IMG/VR virus record: IMGVR_UViG_3300032234_000392
Coordinates: 1-64,000 of that record
Direction: 5' to 3' (one strand)
Source: a virus
Taxonomy: Duplodnaviria > Caudoviricetes
DNA: 64,000 nucleotides
Shown here piece after piece: positions 19,113 through 27,837 of the stretch (position 1 is its first letter; each line of letters opens with the position of its first letter). The notes below the pieces were generated by a model that worked only from the letters and a program-made list of their open reading frames with translations, was not told the origin of the DNA and made no database searches. Both the position numbers and the translations under genes were made by a program.

Positions 19113-19279
19113 TTGTTGCCTGAATTAAATAGATTTTTGATGGTTTTTAAAAGATTGTAAAATCGCATATAATAAAGAGATGACTTGATCTGATCGAATA
19201 AAGAGGGAATGTGGGGGCAACGGCCTTGACGCCAATTGCAGTTAACTCTAACTTCTTCCCCACAATGTTTACATTTCAT
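19109..19279 (-). CDS. Small Cys-rich (zinc-finger-like) protein, 56 aa, not in the ORF track
   Basis: MKCKHCGEEVRVNCNWRQGRCPH...; ATGA overlaps at both ends. Confidence 0.6.
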   Translation of the reverse strand: MKCKHCGEEVRVNCNWRQGRCPHIPSLFDQIKSSLYYMRFYNLLKTIKNLFNSGNK

Positions 19280-19503
19280 TCTTCAAATCCACTGGCCTTC
19301 ATTTCTCGTATGCGTTGCTGTTCTTGATTGTGTATTTCTTGCTTCTGTTTAAGTATAACAGTTTCATCACGCAAATGCAACCGTTGTTTCTTCAAAACTT
19401 CTAAAGTAGTATCATCAAATACACCGGTACTTTCCAAACCGTCGATGCGTTTGTCCAAAACGCGGTGTAATTCTTCTAAATGTTTAATACGCTGTTCGTA
19501 CAT
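19276..19503 (-). CDS. DUF465/YdcH-like coiled-coil protein
   Basis: LEELHRVLDKRI...LKKQRLHLRDE. Confidence 0.6.
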   Translation of the reverse strand: MYEQRIKHLEELHRVLDKRIDGLESTGVFDDTTLEVLKKQRLHLRDETVILKQKQEIHNQEQQRIREMKASGFEE

Positions 19504-19513
19504 TTTGAACTCC

Positions 19514-21052
19514 TTAAGCAGCTACGATCTCTTCTTCTAAAGCACGTAGTTCGTCGTCGTCTGGATTACTAAAGTCAATTTCATCTTGACGAATTTCTTC
19601 TACTTCAAACAAACTACCAAATGTATTTTGTGCAGGACCACCTTGTAAGCGTGAGCCTTCCAAACTCTTTAAGAATCCAGCAGCATCAGAAATTAATTGG
19701 AATGCTTCTGCTTTAGTTTTAGTATTGAATAGTTCTTCAACAAAGGTAGCAAAGTAAAGAATTCTATTAGGAACCCAGTCGCTGTATTCAATCTCTTTCT
19801 TGCCTTCAACACCTTTCATGCGCCAATCAGGTTTATGTTTAGCAGTTTCAATGTCCATGAGTTGTTGAGCACGTTGTACCGCAACAATATGACATTCAAC
19901 ATTATGACCCATCATTAGTGCATAGGCAAAACTATCCCAACTAGTTTTTCCTTCTTTGTTGATTTTATTCAACATACCCGGAGCATACCAACAGATATCG
20001 CCCATAGTTAATCGACTAGCGGTTTCGCTAGCAAACGGGAATGGAATATCACTCTTAGCCAATGCTTTATTATCAGGAGCCTTGTCCATGATAACTGACC
20101 AACGCTTGTTAGTATGAACAGCATTGGTATAAACAAGTCCGTGGGCAGTAGCAATAAAAGGACTTGCACAGTCAAAGCTAATTGTAATCTCTGGATTGAT
20201 ATGTTTACGGATCTGACGTTGTATCAAAGTCAAGTAGCAAGACCAGTCTAACTGTGCAGTACCTAAGAAGTGCATCCAGTTCTTGCCAGTAAGCATTCCT
20301 TCGTCACGCATGGTCATTAAACGTTTAAGTGTAATGTCCATCTTGCACATATTAGCGCCGCCCATAGCCCAACCTTCGGCCTCACGTCCTGCATATTTGC
20401 CTTTGGAGTCTGAAAACTCTTTGACACCTTCGTACCATTTCTCAGCAGTATCCCAGTCTGAACCTTGTAGAACATTTAACCACTTAGTTTGACCTAAACG
20501 ATTCATTAAGAAATAATCATTGTTATAGCGAGTCTTTTCTAAACAATCTTCAAACGTCTTTAATCCGGTCTTTGGACTGTGAATGTGATCGCAGGCCCAT
20601 GTAGGAACGTCCAACATCATGGACCAATCAGCAGTAAGTTCTAACCATTCAAGAATCTTTTGACGAGTCTTAGTAGCTTCTGCTCCTTCGAAGTTTAACC
20701 AGTCAAACTTTAGTACACCTTTACCAATCTGATAACCACCGGAGTCACCCAAGATCATAGTCTTTGAACGATCACGATCTTGAATCATTGACTCTTGTGT
20801 TAGACTTTTTTGTAGATCTAATTGCGCATGACCTGCTGAATACAAACCGTACTTGTAATAAAAGTAGCCTTGTTCTGGATTTAGAAAGTTCATACCTTCA
20901 ATTCCACGATCGAATCCTGCAGGAATACGATCGTCGGGAATAAATTTTTCTAAACGCTGTTTAGCAATATATGTGCTATAGAAACTACTAATTGCAGGCA
21001 AATAGACTGCGTAGTCTTTCTGTAGTGGTGTTAGATCAACTGGTTGTTTCAT
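19514..21052 (-). CDS. dpdA: TGT-fold DNA 7-deazaguanine transglycosylase (DpdA-like)
   Basis: ILGDSGGYQ, MMLDVP, NVLQG, GWAMGG, MHFLG, SFDCASP match TGT catalytic motifs; clusters with folE and queE. Confidence 0.8.
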   Translation of the reverse strand: MKQPVDLTPLQKDYAVYLPAISSFYSTYIAKQRLEKFIPDDRIPAGFDRGIEGMNFLNPEQGYFYYKYGLYSAGHAQLDLQKSLTQESMIQDRDRSKTMILGDSGGYQIGKGVLKFDWLNFEGAEATKTRQKILEWLELTADWSMMLDVPTWACDHIHSPKTGLKTFEDCLEKTRYNNDYFLMNRLGQTKWLNVLQGSDWDTAEKWYEGVKEFSDSKGKYAGREAEGWAMGGANMCKMDITLKRLMTMRDEGMLTGKNWMHFLGTAQLDWSCYLTLIQRQIRKHINPEITISFDCASPFIATAHGLVYTNAVHTNKRWSVIMDKAPDNKALAKSDIPFPFASETASRLTMGDICWYAPGMLNKINKEGKTSWDSFAYALMMGHNVECHIVAVQRAQQLMDIETAKHKPDWRMKGVEGKKEIEYSDWVPNRILYFATFVEELFNTKTKAEAFQLISDAAGFLKSLEGSRLQGGPAQNTFGSLFEVEEIRQDEIDFSNPDDDELRALEEEIVAA

Positions 21053-21054
21053 AT

Positions 21055-21792
21055 TTAGGCTGCCTGAGCTGGAATAATGTATTTGTAAGTAGCAAGTCCG
21101 CTGTCTAAAGTAATTTGAATAGCACCTTCATTACTTAATGACATTTTTGTATTGTTTACATCTGCAATCTTAAGAATACTCAAGATTGGCAGCACTGGCC
21201 AAGTCCAGCCTCGATCAAGTTTACCTGCAACATTCTGTGCAAAAATAAACTCACCACCGTGTGTACTAGCATCACCGAAGATAAACTTCAAGTTGCCACC
21301 ATCTGTCTTTGCTAAGAATGTTGGATGTTCATTGTTAGCACCAGCTTGAAAGTTAAAACGTTGAACAGCACTAACGCTAGGCTCAATCTCTACATCCCAC
21401 TTAACACCACGAAACTTAACAGTCTTCATCTTTTCGTTGATAATTTCTGTATTCATAAAACGATAGTCGTTTTTAAAGTCGCCGTCTTTGTTTTCAAAAT
21501 GTAGACCTACTGGCAAAGTTTCACCATTGCGTTCTGCAGTAGTAATAGTAATTTTTGCATCGTCTTTGTATTCAGAACCATCCAACAAATATTTCAACTT
21601 GTTTAACTGCGGCATACCAAACACACCGATCATATCTGCATAAGGAGCAGCAGTTTCTGCCTCCATAATAACTGAACGATCGTCAGCCATAGAGTTGATG
21701 GTTGTGCCTTTGTCTGTGCCAGTAACTTTAACTGTGGTTAAGAAACCAAGGTTTTGTGTATGGCTTACAATGTCTTGTAGAATATCTTTCAT
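21055..21792 (-). CDS. DNA polymerase sliding clamp (gp45/PCNA-like)
   Basis: 245 aa beta-rich protein next to the polymerase; PCNA-like N-terminus and YKYIIPA end; clamp loader also in the window. Confidence 0.7.
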   Translation of the reverse strand: MKDILQDIVSHTQNLGFLTTVKVTGTDKGTTINSMADDRSVIMEAETAAPYADMIGVFGMPQLNKLKYLLDGSEYKDDAKITITTAERNGETLPVGLHFENKDGDFKNDYRFMNTEIINEKMKTVKFRGVKWDVEIEPSVSAVQRFNFQAGANNEHPTFLAKTDGGNLKFIFGDASTHGGEFIFAQNVAGKLDRGWTWPVLPILSILKIADVNNTKMSLSNEGAIQITLDSGLATYKYIIPAQAA

Positions 21793-21815
21793 GTTAATTT
21801 CCTTTGTATAATAAG

Positions 21816-21844
21816 ATTATATTTAGATCGTGAGCGAAAAGCAA
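21816..21844 (-). promoter_or_regulatory. Promoter for the clamp-dpdA transcription unit
   Basis: TTGCTT-17 nt-TATAAT with an overlapping TAAATA. Confidence 0.6.
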
Positions 21845-21851
21845 ATATATT

Positions 21852-24518
21852 TTACTCAAAATCAAACAGCTTGCTGAATGTATTGTCCGACCTTGTTGAA
21901 CTGATGTCCCATTCCAAAACACCAATTAAGTTTTCTAGCTTTTCATCAATAACGGTATTTTCCATTTCGCTATCGTTAAAAGGTAAGTCTTTAAACCATT
22001 GCGGTAAACGCAATTCGTCTACAGGATATGCCACAGACGTATAGCCCATTGGGTTATCTTTGACCTTGCAAACAATAACCTTGGCACCGTCTGTGACTGC
22101 CATCGAGTATTTGTCATCCATCATCCGTTTGAGCGTATTCCAATTAAGACTTGCTCTAACATGACCAGGCATATTAGTCTTGCCAGCTTTCTTCTCTTTT
22201 GCGGCGTATTCTGTAATGTTGTTTGCACGTTTAGGTGATCCTTTCTCCCAACCTGGGCGAGTTTTAAATTCAGTACGGAAGTTGGTAATATATTCTAGTA
22301 CTTGTTCTTTCTCAGCACCGTTTAGTACCTGTGTTAGTACTTCACTTAAGAAGTCTTGGATAACAACCGGGGTATCTGAACGCTTGAGGTCGAGCCCCAT
22401 GGCCTTGATCTTGCCGCCCTTTCCGTCTGTGTCTGCTCGTTTTCCTTCTTTGTCGTAGTAGAGAACGGCATATCTTTTCTTAGTAATAAACAGACCTTTT
22501 GATGCGACGATCTCTCTTCCTGCTTTGATAACATCTCCCCTTGTTTTAGGGCAGTGGAAGCTGTCTTGCATGAATTTGACGAATGTGTCATTTACAGTTT
22601 CTCCTATGGTATCGTAAAGTTCAACTACAGATTCTCTAGTCCACGGTAATGCACCAGAGTCAATATCTTTTTTAAGTGTTTTATAAGCTGAAAAATAACA
22701 ACTGTCTGTATCGCCATATATAATAGCTTTACCTATGTGATCATACTCGCCAGTGACAATTTCATTTACCTTAGCAGCCATGTGCTTGGCAATTTGACGG
22801 CCAGTGAGTGTAGTGGACTGACCAATACGATTGTCAAAGAACCTACAACCAGGATTAAGAATAGCGCCATAGAGACTGTTGAGGTTAATCTTTTTAACCA
22901 GTTGACGTTTATCCCAATATTCTTCTTCAATTTTATTTCCTGCCTTTATACATTCTTTAAGTTTGGCCTGCATCTCTTTGCGTTCAGCATACCAACGTTT
23001 TAACAGTCCGGGAATAATACCTTCTTTTTCATAGGTAAAGATAGTACCATTAGCTGAAATCATCCAAGGTTGATTGCTTTCAAATATTAAATCATATATC
23101 TGTGCAGCACTTAGAGTATCTTCACCGCCGTCTTCCCAGTCAATAGTAATCTCACGACCAACTTCTTTGTTCATCACAGCAGTGTATTCTAAACTACCAA
23201 ACACACCTTCCCATGCACCTGCAAATGATCTACCTTTGGCAATTTCAGCAGCAATGAAGTCTTTGGTGCCGTCTTGGCGCAACTGCCCAACAATAGTTTC
23301 AGGCCCCATGTTTAGTGCTCTAATTGCACTAGGATATAGTGAGTTAATATCTAGAGAACCAATCCATTCGTGAATGCCTTTTTTAGGAAATGCAACATAT
23401 GCACCAGCAGCTTGTGTGTCAAGCCCTTCTCGATTAACACGATTAGGAACAATCATGCCACGCTTGTGAGCTTCGTTAATAATAGCTTGTTCAGTCACAG
23501 CCACGGCACCCATAGTAGTCTGTAGCAGTACAGTACATTCATGTGCCAGTGTATTGGCAAGATCCATAAACTTTAGTTTTTTGTCAAGGTCGTCAAGCAG
23601 TTGACAGTCGTTGATGTTGTACTGAACAAACGTTTTAAAATCGTTGTTATATAATTGATCCAGTGTACCTTCATACTGTGTTTTTCTTTGACCTAATTCA
23701 TATTCGGCAATAGCATCTAATCGATATGTATGACGTTCTTCATATGTATACTTACGATAAAGTTCAAGACTGTCTAGATGAACACGTCCAATGAAGTCAT
23801 AGGTAATTGCAGTCTTGCCGTATTTTTCGTATTCACGCTTTTTAGGAAATTGATTCCACAAACAAAATCGTCTAGTATCCTCTTTGCTTAATACCTTGGT
23901 CACACGATTAACTGTGTAAGGTATATCAAAGCCTTCTGAGTTCCAACCGCTTAGTACATCGGCTTCTTGTATTAGATCGAGAAACGTATCTAACATGTCT
24001 GCTTCGTTGTCAAACAGCATGACATTTTTAAAGTCTGACACTTGTCGTTGAGCTTCTTCCATGTTAATTGTTTTAGGAGGAATCGCTAAACATACCATAG
24101 TGTCTAACCATTGTAGGTGAACAGCAATCGCAGTGATCGGCATGAACGCATCTTCTGGAGATGCATAGCCACGTTCTGGATCAAAGTCCACCTCAATGTC
24201 GAAGAACGCTACATTTAGTTTTGGAGCATCTTGATTTAGATAGTGATCTTCAAGGCAGCGATAAATTGGGTTAATATCGCTTTCGTATAATTTTTTGTTT
24301 GAATGAATGGCAAGTTCTTTGCGATGTTCTTTGACATTCTTACTAGAAACTCTGCTTAACGGTTCGCCTTTAATTGAAAGGAACTTGCCTTTAGGATCAT
24401 TGTAATAAAAAATATGCCGTGCTGGATATTCTTTATAATGCCTTTGGCCTTTGTCGTCTCGTTCGACGACATTGATAATATCTTGCTCTCTATCATAGAA
24501 AGCGTCTACATAACTCAA
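21852..24518 (-). CDS. Family B DNA polymerase (T4 gp43-like)
   Basis: Exo motifs FDIEV and GWNSEGFDIPY; pol motifs DINSLYPS, KINLNSLYG, YGDTDS, KKRY; TTG start with AGGAG SD. Confidence 0.97.
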   Translation of the reverse strand: MSYVDAFYDREQDIINVVERDDKGQRHYKEYPARHIFYYNDPKGKFLSIKGEPLSRVSSKNVKEHRKELAIHSNKKLYESDINPIYRCLEDHYLNQDAPKLNVAFFDIEVDFDPERGYASPEDAFMPITAIAVHLQWLDTMVCLAIPPKTINMEEAQRQVSDFKNVMLFDNEADMLDTFLDLIQEADVLSGWNSEGFDIPYTVNRVTKVLSKEDTRRFCLWNQFPKKREYEKYGKTAITYDFIGRVHLDSLELYRKYTYEERHTYRLDAIAEYELGQRKTQYEGTLDQLYNNDFKTFVQYNINDCQLLDDLDKKLKFMDLANTLAHECTVLLQTTMGAVAVTEQAIINEAHKRGMIVPNRVNREGLDTQAAGAYVAFPKKGIHEWIGSLDINSLYPSAIRALNMGPETIVGQLRQDGTKDFIAAEIAKGRSFAGAWEGVFGSLEYTAVMNKEVGREITIDWEDGGEDTLSAAQIYDLIFESNQPWMISANGTIFTYEKEGIIPGLLKRWYAERKEMQAKLKECIKAGNKIEEEYWDKRQLVKKINLNSLYGAILNPGCRFFDNRIGQSTTLTGRQIAKHMAAKVNEIVTGEYDHIGKAIIYGDTDSCYFSAYKTLKKDIDSGALPWTRESVVELYDTIGETVNDTFVKFMQDSFHCPKTRGDVIKAGREIVASKGLFITKKRYAVLYYDKEGKRADTDGKGGKIKAMGLDLKRSDTPVVIQDFLSEVLTQVLNGAEKEQVLEYITNFRTEFKTRPGWEKGSPKRANNITEYAAKEKKAGKTNMPGHVRASLNWNTLKRMMDDKYSMAVTDGAKVIVCKVKDNPMGYTSVAYPVDELRLPQWFKDLPFNDSEMENTVIDEKLENLIGVLEWDISSTRSDNTFSKLFDFE

Positions 24519-24530
24519 ATTGTTCTCCTA

Positions 24531-24575
24531 TGCAATTTACGGCTTGCAAATACCAACATGCGGTTTATGGCCCGC
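24531..24575 (-). promoter_or_regulatory. Twin-hairpin leader, putative translational operator of the polymerase
   Basis: GCGG-GCCATAAA-CCGC and TGCAA-GCCGTAAA-TTGCA directly 5' of the SD. Confidence 0.6.
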
Positions 24576-24584
24576 CGACCTTGC

Positions 24585-24884
24585 TTATGAATTACTTATC
24601 ATTCTAGTTATAGCTATGATATCGATAGTGGCTATTAAGGCATAGTTAGCAATCATGCCGGTGCTTCCACGTGTCCATGCTGCCCACGCAAAAATAACAC
24701 ATTGAATAATAAACAGTGGATACAAATATATAAACGGAGGAGTAGGCAATGTATAACCCATCCATATTGTACAGCCAATGCTCATAAACCATGCTAACAA
24801 CTCTAAGAAAAATCTTATAGGATGTGTAGCATAGTCCTCTTTAATCCAATCTATAGTTGGCTTAAACACTTTAGTAAGCATCAA
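24585..24884 (-). CDS. Small multi-pass membrane protein
   Basis: Three hydrophobic segments. Confidence 0.65.
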   Translation of the reverse strand: MMLTKVFKPTIDWIKEDYATHPIRFFLELLAWFMSIGCTIWMGYTLPTPPFIYLYPLFIIQCVIFAWAAWTRGSTGMIANYALIATIDIIAITRMISNS

Positions 24885-25138
24885 TCAATACGCTTAGTGA
24901 TATCAAGAATGGCTTCGACTTCTTTCCAATCTTCGTCGTGTGCTTTAAAATCACCCTTGTGAGCAATCTTGATTGCTTTATTAATTACACTAGGTTTAAT
25001 TTGTAGTTCTTCTGCAACTGCTTTAACAGTTTCTTTAAGGCCTTCGTTGAGATCTTCTACTTCACGTAGCACATTAGAACCTTCGTTGATCAAACGCTCA
25101 AGTTTTGCTTTTTCTTCTGGACCATACATCTTTGGCAT
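24881..25138 (-). CDS. dsDNA-binding protein (T4 DsbA / GapR-like)
   Basis: LERLINE...EDLNEGLKETVKAVAEELQIKPSVINKAIKI helical pattern. Confidence 0.65.
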   Translation of the reverse strand: MPKMYGPEEKAKLERLINEGSNVLREVEDLNEGLKETVKAVAEELQIKPSVINKAIKIAHKGDFKAHDEDWKEVEAILDITKRID

Positions 25139-25159
25139 AATAGTTTCTCCTATACGACT

Positions 25160-25188
25160 ATTATACAGCCATAAAAAAAGCCAGTCAA
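25160..25188 (-). promoter_or_regulatory. Consensus sigma70 promoter for the dsbA-like/polymerase unit
   Basis: TTGACT-17 nt-TATAAT with extended TG. Confidence 0.8.
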
Positions 25189-25204
25189 CCTATGACTGGC
25201 TTTT
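25173..25204 (-). terminator. Intrinsic terminator (possibly bidirectional)
   Basis: GCCAGTCA/TGACTGGC stem flanked by A7 and T4. Confidence 0.8.
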
Positions 25205-25221
25205 GTTTACCAAAAAGATTA

Positions 25222-25713
25222 TTATGATCCGTCTGTGTCGTCGTCTACTATACGACCAATATCAACTTCCATAGTTGTAAAACCAAATTCTGCATTTAGA
25301 GCATCAGTAAGTTTGGTAATTGAGTCGCCTTCATTTAAAAAAGATTGTCCATCATTGTAAGGAACACTTGATTCTCTAACCATAATTGTTATCATCTGAT
25401 TGCCCGAATTACCACCTATTTCAAAAACTTCGCAGTATTGTTGAATAACTTTAACTGCTCGAGCAATATCACTGTTAGAATCATTAAACTCGCTGGTAGA
25501 TAAAAAATTGTCGTTATCGTTGCTGTCTGTAGTCCAATTTGTACTACCACTGCCGGGCAATGTATTATCTCCGGTTCTTACATTCAGGGGAAGATTTGTA
25601 GGTGTAGCAAGATCTGATCTAGGCTTTCCAATCTTACGAGTGTTATCACCTAGTCTCGATGCTACACTACCATCGGCATTGTAGGCGTTTATTAAATTAT
25701 AGAGATCTGCCAT
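25222..25713 (-). CDS. Hypothetical protein (possibly virion)
   Basis: 163 aa N/D/S/T-rich ORF. Confidence 0.6.
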   Translation of the reverse strand: MADLYNLINAYNADGSVASRLGDNTRKIGKPRSDLATPTNLPLNVRTGDNTLPGSGSTNWTTDSNDNDNFLSTSEFNDSNSDIARAVKVIQQYCEVFEIGGNSGNQMITIMVRESSVPYNDGQSFLNEGDSITKLTDALNAEFGFTTMEVDIGRIVDDDTDGS

Positions 25714-26593
25714 CGTCGTTTCCTTCGCTTAGTACATCGTACATTTCGAACACGCCACCGTTGCGCTCATAGATTAGACCAGCATAAAGTTCTGCCTTCA
25801 TACCTTCGCCTAATTTACTAGCAGCAACACGTGATGCCCAATTAAACAATTCTTTGTCTTTAGGATCAATCTGTTGTTGTCCACCGCTTTCCTGAACTAG
25901 CTGTACCATCTGTTTGAAAGATAGTTTTGTTTCAACTGACTCAGCAACTACTTTCTTAGAAGTTGCTACTGACTCATTCTTCTTACCAAAAAACTTTTCT
26001 TGCTTGGCTGACATACCTTTCTTGCCATCTTTCTTGTCGCCACCTTTTTCGCCAGCAGCTTTTTTCATTGGCTCTTTCTTGTCGCCATCTTTGTCGAGGT
26101 CTAAGAAGTCTGGCTTAGCACCTTCCTTCATTGGCTTTTTCTTTTTGTCGTCTTTTTTATCGTCTTTCTTGGCTTCTACCATTTTGGCAAACTTGCCTTT
26201 AAAAGCTTCTGCGTCGATAGCTTCGTTGCTGCGCTTACGACCTTTTTTGCCCTTAGGTGCTTCATCGTCAGCATCTGGGTCCGTATCTTTATCGTCGGAC
26301 CCGCCATAGCTACCTGGACCGGCTTTGTGAACAATACCTTTTTCAGTTTTAGTAACTGTACCACCTTTTGAAGTAGTCTTCTTATCGCCTACTTTCATTT
26401 CTTCTTTAACTTCTTCGTCTTTCTTTTCTTCAGCTTTTTTCTTAGCTTCTGTAACGTAAGAAGAAGTACCAGCTAAAACACGCAGTTGTGCATCTTCGTT
26501 AAGTTGCACACTCTGTGGTAGTTCTGGGGCAGCAATAGTTTTAACTTCGTCGTTTAAACTGCTGATCTTGCTAATAATTGATTTAAAGTCCAT
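25697..26593 (-). CDS. Lys/Glu-rich putative head internal protein
   Basis: Low-complexity charged sequence; DLDKDGD (DxDxDG) motif; TAAATA upstream. Confidence 0.6.
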   Translation of the reverse strand: MDFKSIISKISSLNDEVKTIAAPELPQSVQLNEDAQLRVLAGTSSYVTEAKKKAEEKKDEEVKEEMKVGDKKTTSKGGTVTKTEKGIVHKAGPGSYGGSDDKDTDPDADDEAPKGKKGRKRSNEAIDAEAFKGKFAKMVEAKKDDKKDDKKKKPMKEGAKPDFLDLDKDGDKKEPMKKAAGEKGGDKKDGKKGMSAKQEKFFGKKNESVATSKKVVAESVETKLSFKQMVQLVQESGGQQQIDPKDKELFNWASRVAASKLGEGMKAELYAGLIYERNGGVFEMYDVLSEGNDDGRSL

Positions 26594-26622
26594 GTTCGAG
26601 TCCTTGGGGTTCGTATTGTTAT

Positions 26623-26871
26623 TTATCTTTTAATTGCGTTGCCTTCACCGAATAAGCTAGTCTTCATATCTAGTGCATTATCAGTGGGTTTGACTTTTTT
26701 AGGCTTAGGTTGCGGAGGAGCTTTTGTGCCTCCTGGGCCACCTGGTTTGCCCAAATAGCTGGTTTTACCGCGAGCTTTTCCTGGGCTAAGATGTGGATTA
26801 ACTACAGTGCCTATATTACCTGCTGAAGTAGCACCTGCTGTAGCCGATTCTAAAATTTCTTTAATTTTCAT
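26623..26871 (-). CDS. Putative head internal protein
   Basis: N-terminus MKIKEILE; TAAATA 7 nt upstream. Confidence 0.6.
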   Translation of the reverse strand: MKIKEILESATAGATSAGNIGTVVNPHLSPGKARGKTSYLGKPGGPGGTKAPPQPKPKKVKPTDNALDMKTSLFGEGNAIKR

Positions 26872-26877
26872 AATATA

Positions 26878-27198
26878 CTATTTATTCTTTTTAGCACGAC
26901 CAGCTTTCATATTAGCTAACCAGTGTGCCATACGTTGTTTTTCACCTGACGAATTTTTAGCTGTTTTGCGCAGGCTGCTAACACTGGCTTTGGTATTAAC
27001 TCCACTGCGTTTAGCCAGTCCTTTACGGCCAGGCTTTTTACCATCTGCAAAGTTTTCACCAACGCCACCGCCAACGCCACCGTCTCCGCTATATCCTACG
27101 GCTGTTCCGTACATGCCATAAGGACCTGGACCGTAGGCAGCCCAACGAGGCTTCTTACGTTTCTTTTTTCTTTCAGTGATAAACTCACTAGCCCTCAT
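26878..27198 (-). CDS. Basic putative head internal protein
   Basis: GGAGG SD before MRASEFITE; ENFADGKKPGRKG module. Confidence 0.6.
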   Translation of the reverse strand: MRASEFITERKKKRKKPRWAAYGPGPYGMYGTAVGYSGDGGVGGGVGENFADGKKPGRKGLAKRSGVNTKASVSSLRKTAKNSSGEKQRMAHWLANMKAGRAKKNK

Positions 27199-27239
27199 AA
27201 GGTAGTCCTCCAAGTCCGCATCCAAAGCGGGCTAAAGAT

Positions 27240-27317
27240 TCATACAGGGCTGTAAGGATTCTTTGGAGTGTCATAGCCATCATCTTCTGGATATACCGGA
27301 TAATCGTTTGGGTTCAT
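27240..27317 (-). CDS. Micro-ORF, 25 aa ([25 protein letters not shown])
   Basis: ATGA overlap with the iscA-like stop. Confidence 0.4.
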   Translation of the reverse strand: MNPNDYPVYPEDDGYDTPKNPYSPV

Positions 27318-27637
27318 ATTGAAAAACTACTTCCGCATCCGCAGGTTGATTGAGCATTCGGATTTTGTATAACAAATTGACTGCCCATAACTTCTTCTTT
27401 GTAATCAATAACTGCGCCTTGTAGATACTGCATACTCATAGCGTCAACTAAAATTTTCCAAGCCCCAATGTCAATTTTAAAATCGTCTTCATTCGTTACA
27501 TCGTCAAAAGTAAATCCGTAGCTAAACCCGCTACAGCCACCGCCTTGAACAAATGTGCGCAGTGATAATTTTGGATTACCTTCTTCTGATAAAAGATCTT
27601 GTATTTTAATTTTTGCTGATGGTGTAATTTCGATCAT
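27314..27637 (-). CDS. A-type Fe-S carrier (ErpA/IscA/HesB)
   Basis: [23 protein letters not shown]. Confidence 0.92.
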   Translation of the reverse strand: MIEITPSAKIKIQDLLSEEGNPKLSLRTFVQGGGCSGFSYGFTFDDVTNEDDFKIDIGAWKILVDAMSMQYLQGAVIDYKEEVMGSQFVIQNPNAQSTCGCGSSFSI

Positions 27638-27837
27638 ACTGGTCGTTCCCCGGTCAGATACGGCAAACTAAACCATAACTTAAACCATTCGTCGGTTCCG
27701 GGTTTAATATTATGTTTTTTTTGAAGTTCGCCTTTTTCGTTGCCAGTAATACTTATGTTACTGCCGCCGTAAGGTTGATAACCCCGAAATTCATTAATGC
27801 CTGCCAACTTCTTGATTTGATCTAACTCATCCATCAT
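27634..27837 (-). CDS. Hypothetical protein
   Basis: 67 aa; [12 protein letters not shown] resembles the LRVLAG segment of 25697..26593. Confidence 0.6.
   Translation of the reverse strand: MMDELDQIKKLAGINEFRGYQPYGGSNISITGNEKGELQKKHNIKPGTDEWFKLWFSLPYLTGERPV

Noticed and set aside
19514-21052. Ordinary tRNA-guanine transglycosylase (tgt)
   Set aside because: It lacks the CxCxxC zinc site of bacterial TGT and is coupled to clamp and polymerase genes, so a DNA-acting DpdA type is more likely; RNA activity is not excluded
21836-21846. T4 MotA box (TTTGCTT) upstream of the clamp gene
   Set aside because: It sits at the -35 position with a 17-nt spacer, so a plain sigma70 promoter explains it; no motA-like gene was recognised in the window
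21852-24518. Intein or intron in the DNA polymerase
   Set aside because: 888 aa continuous ORF with normal motif spacing and no intein signature
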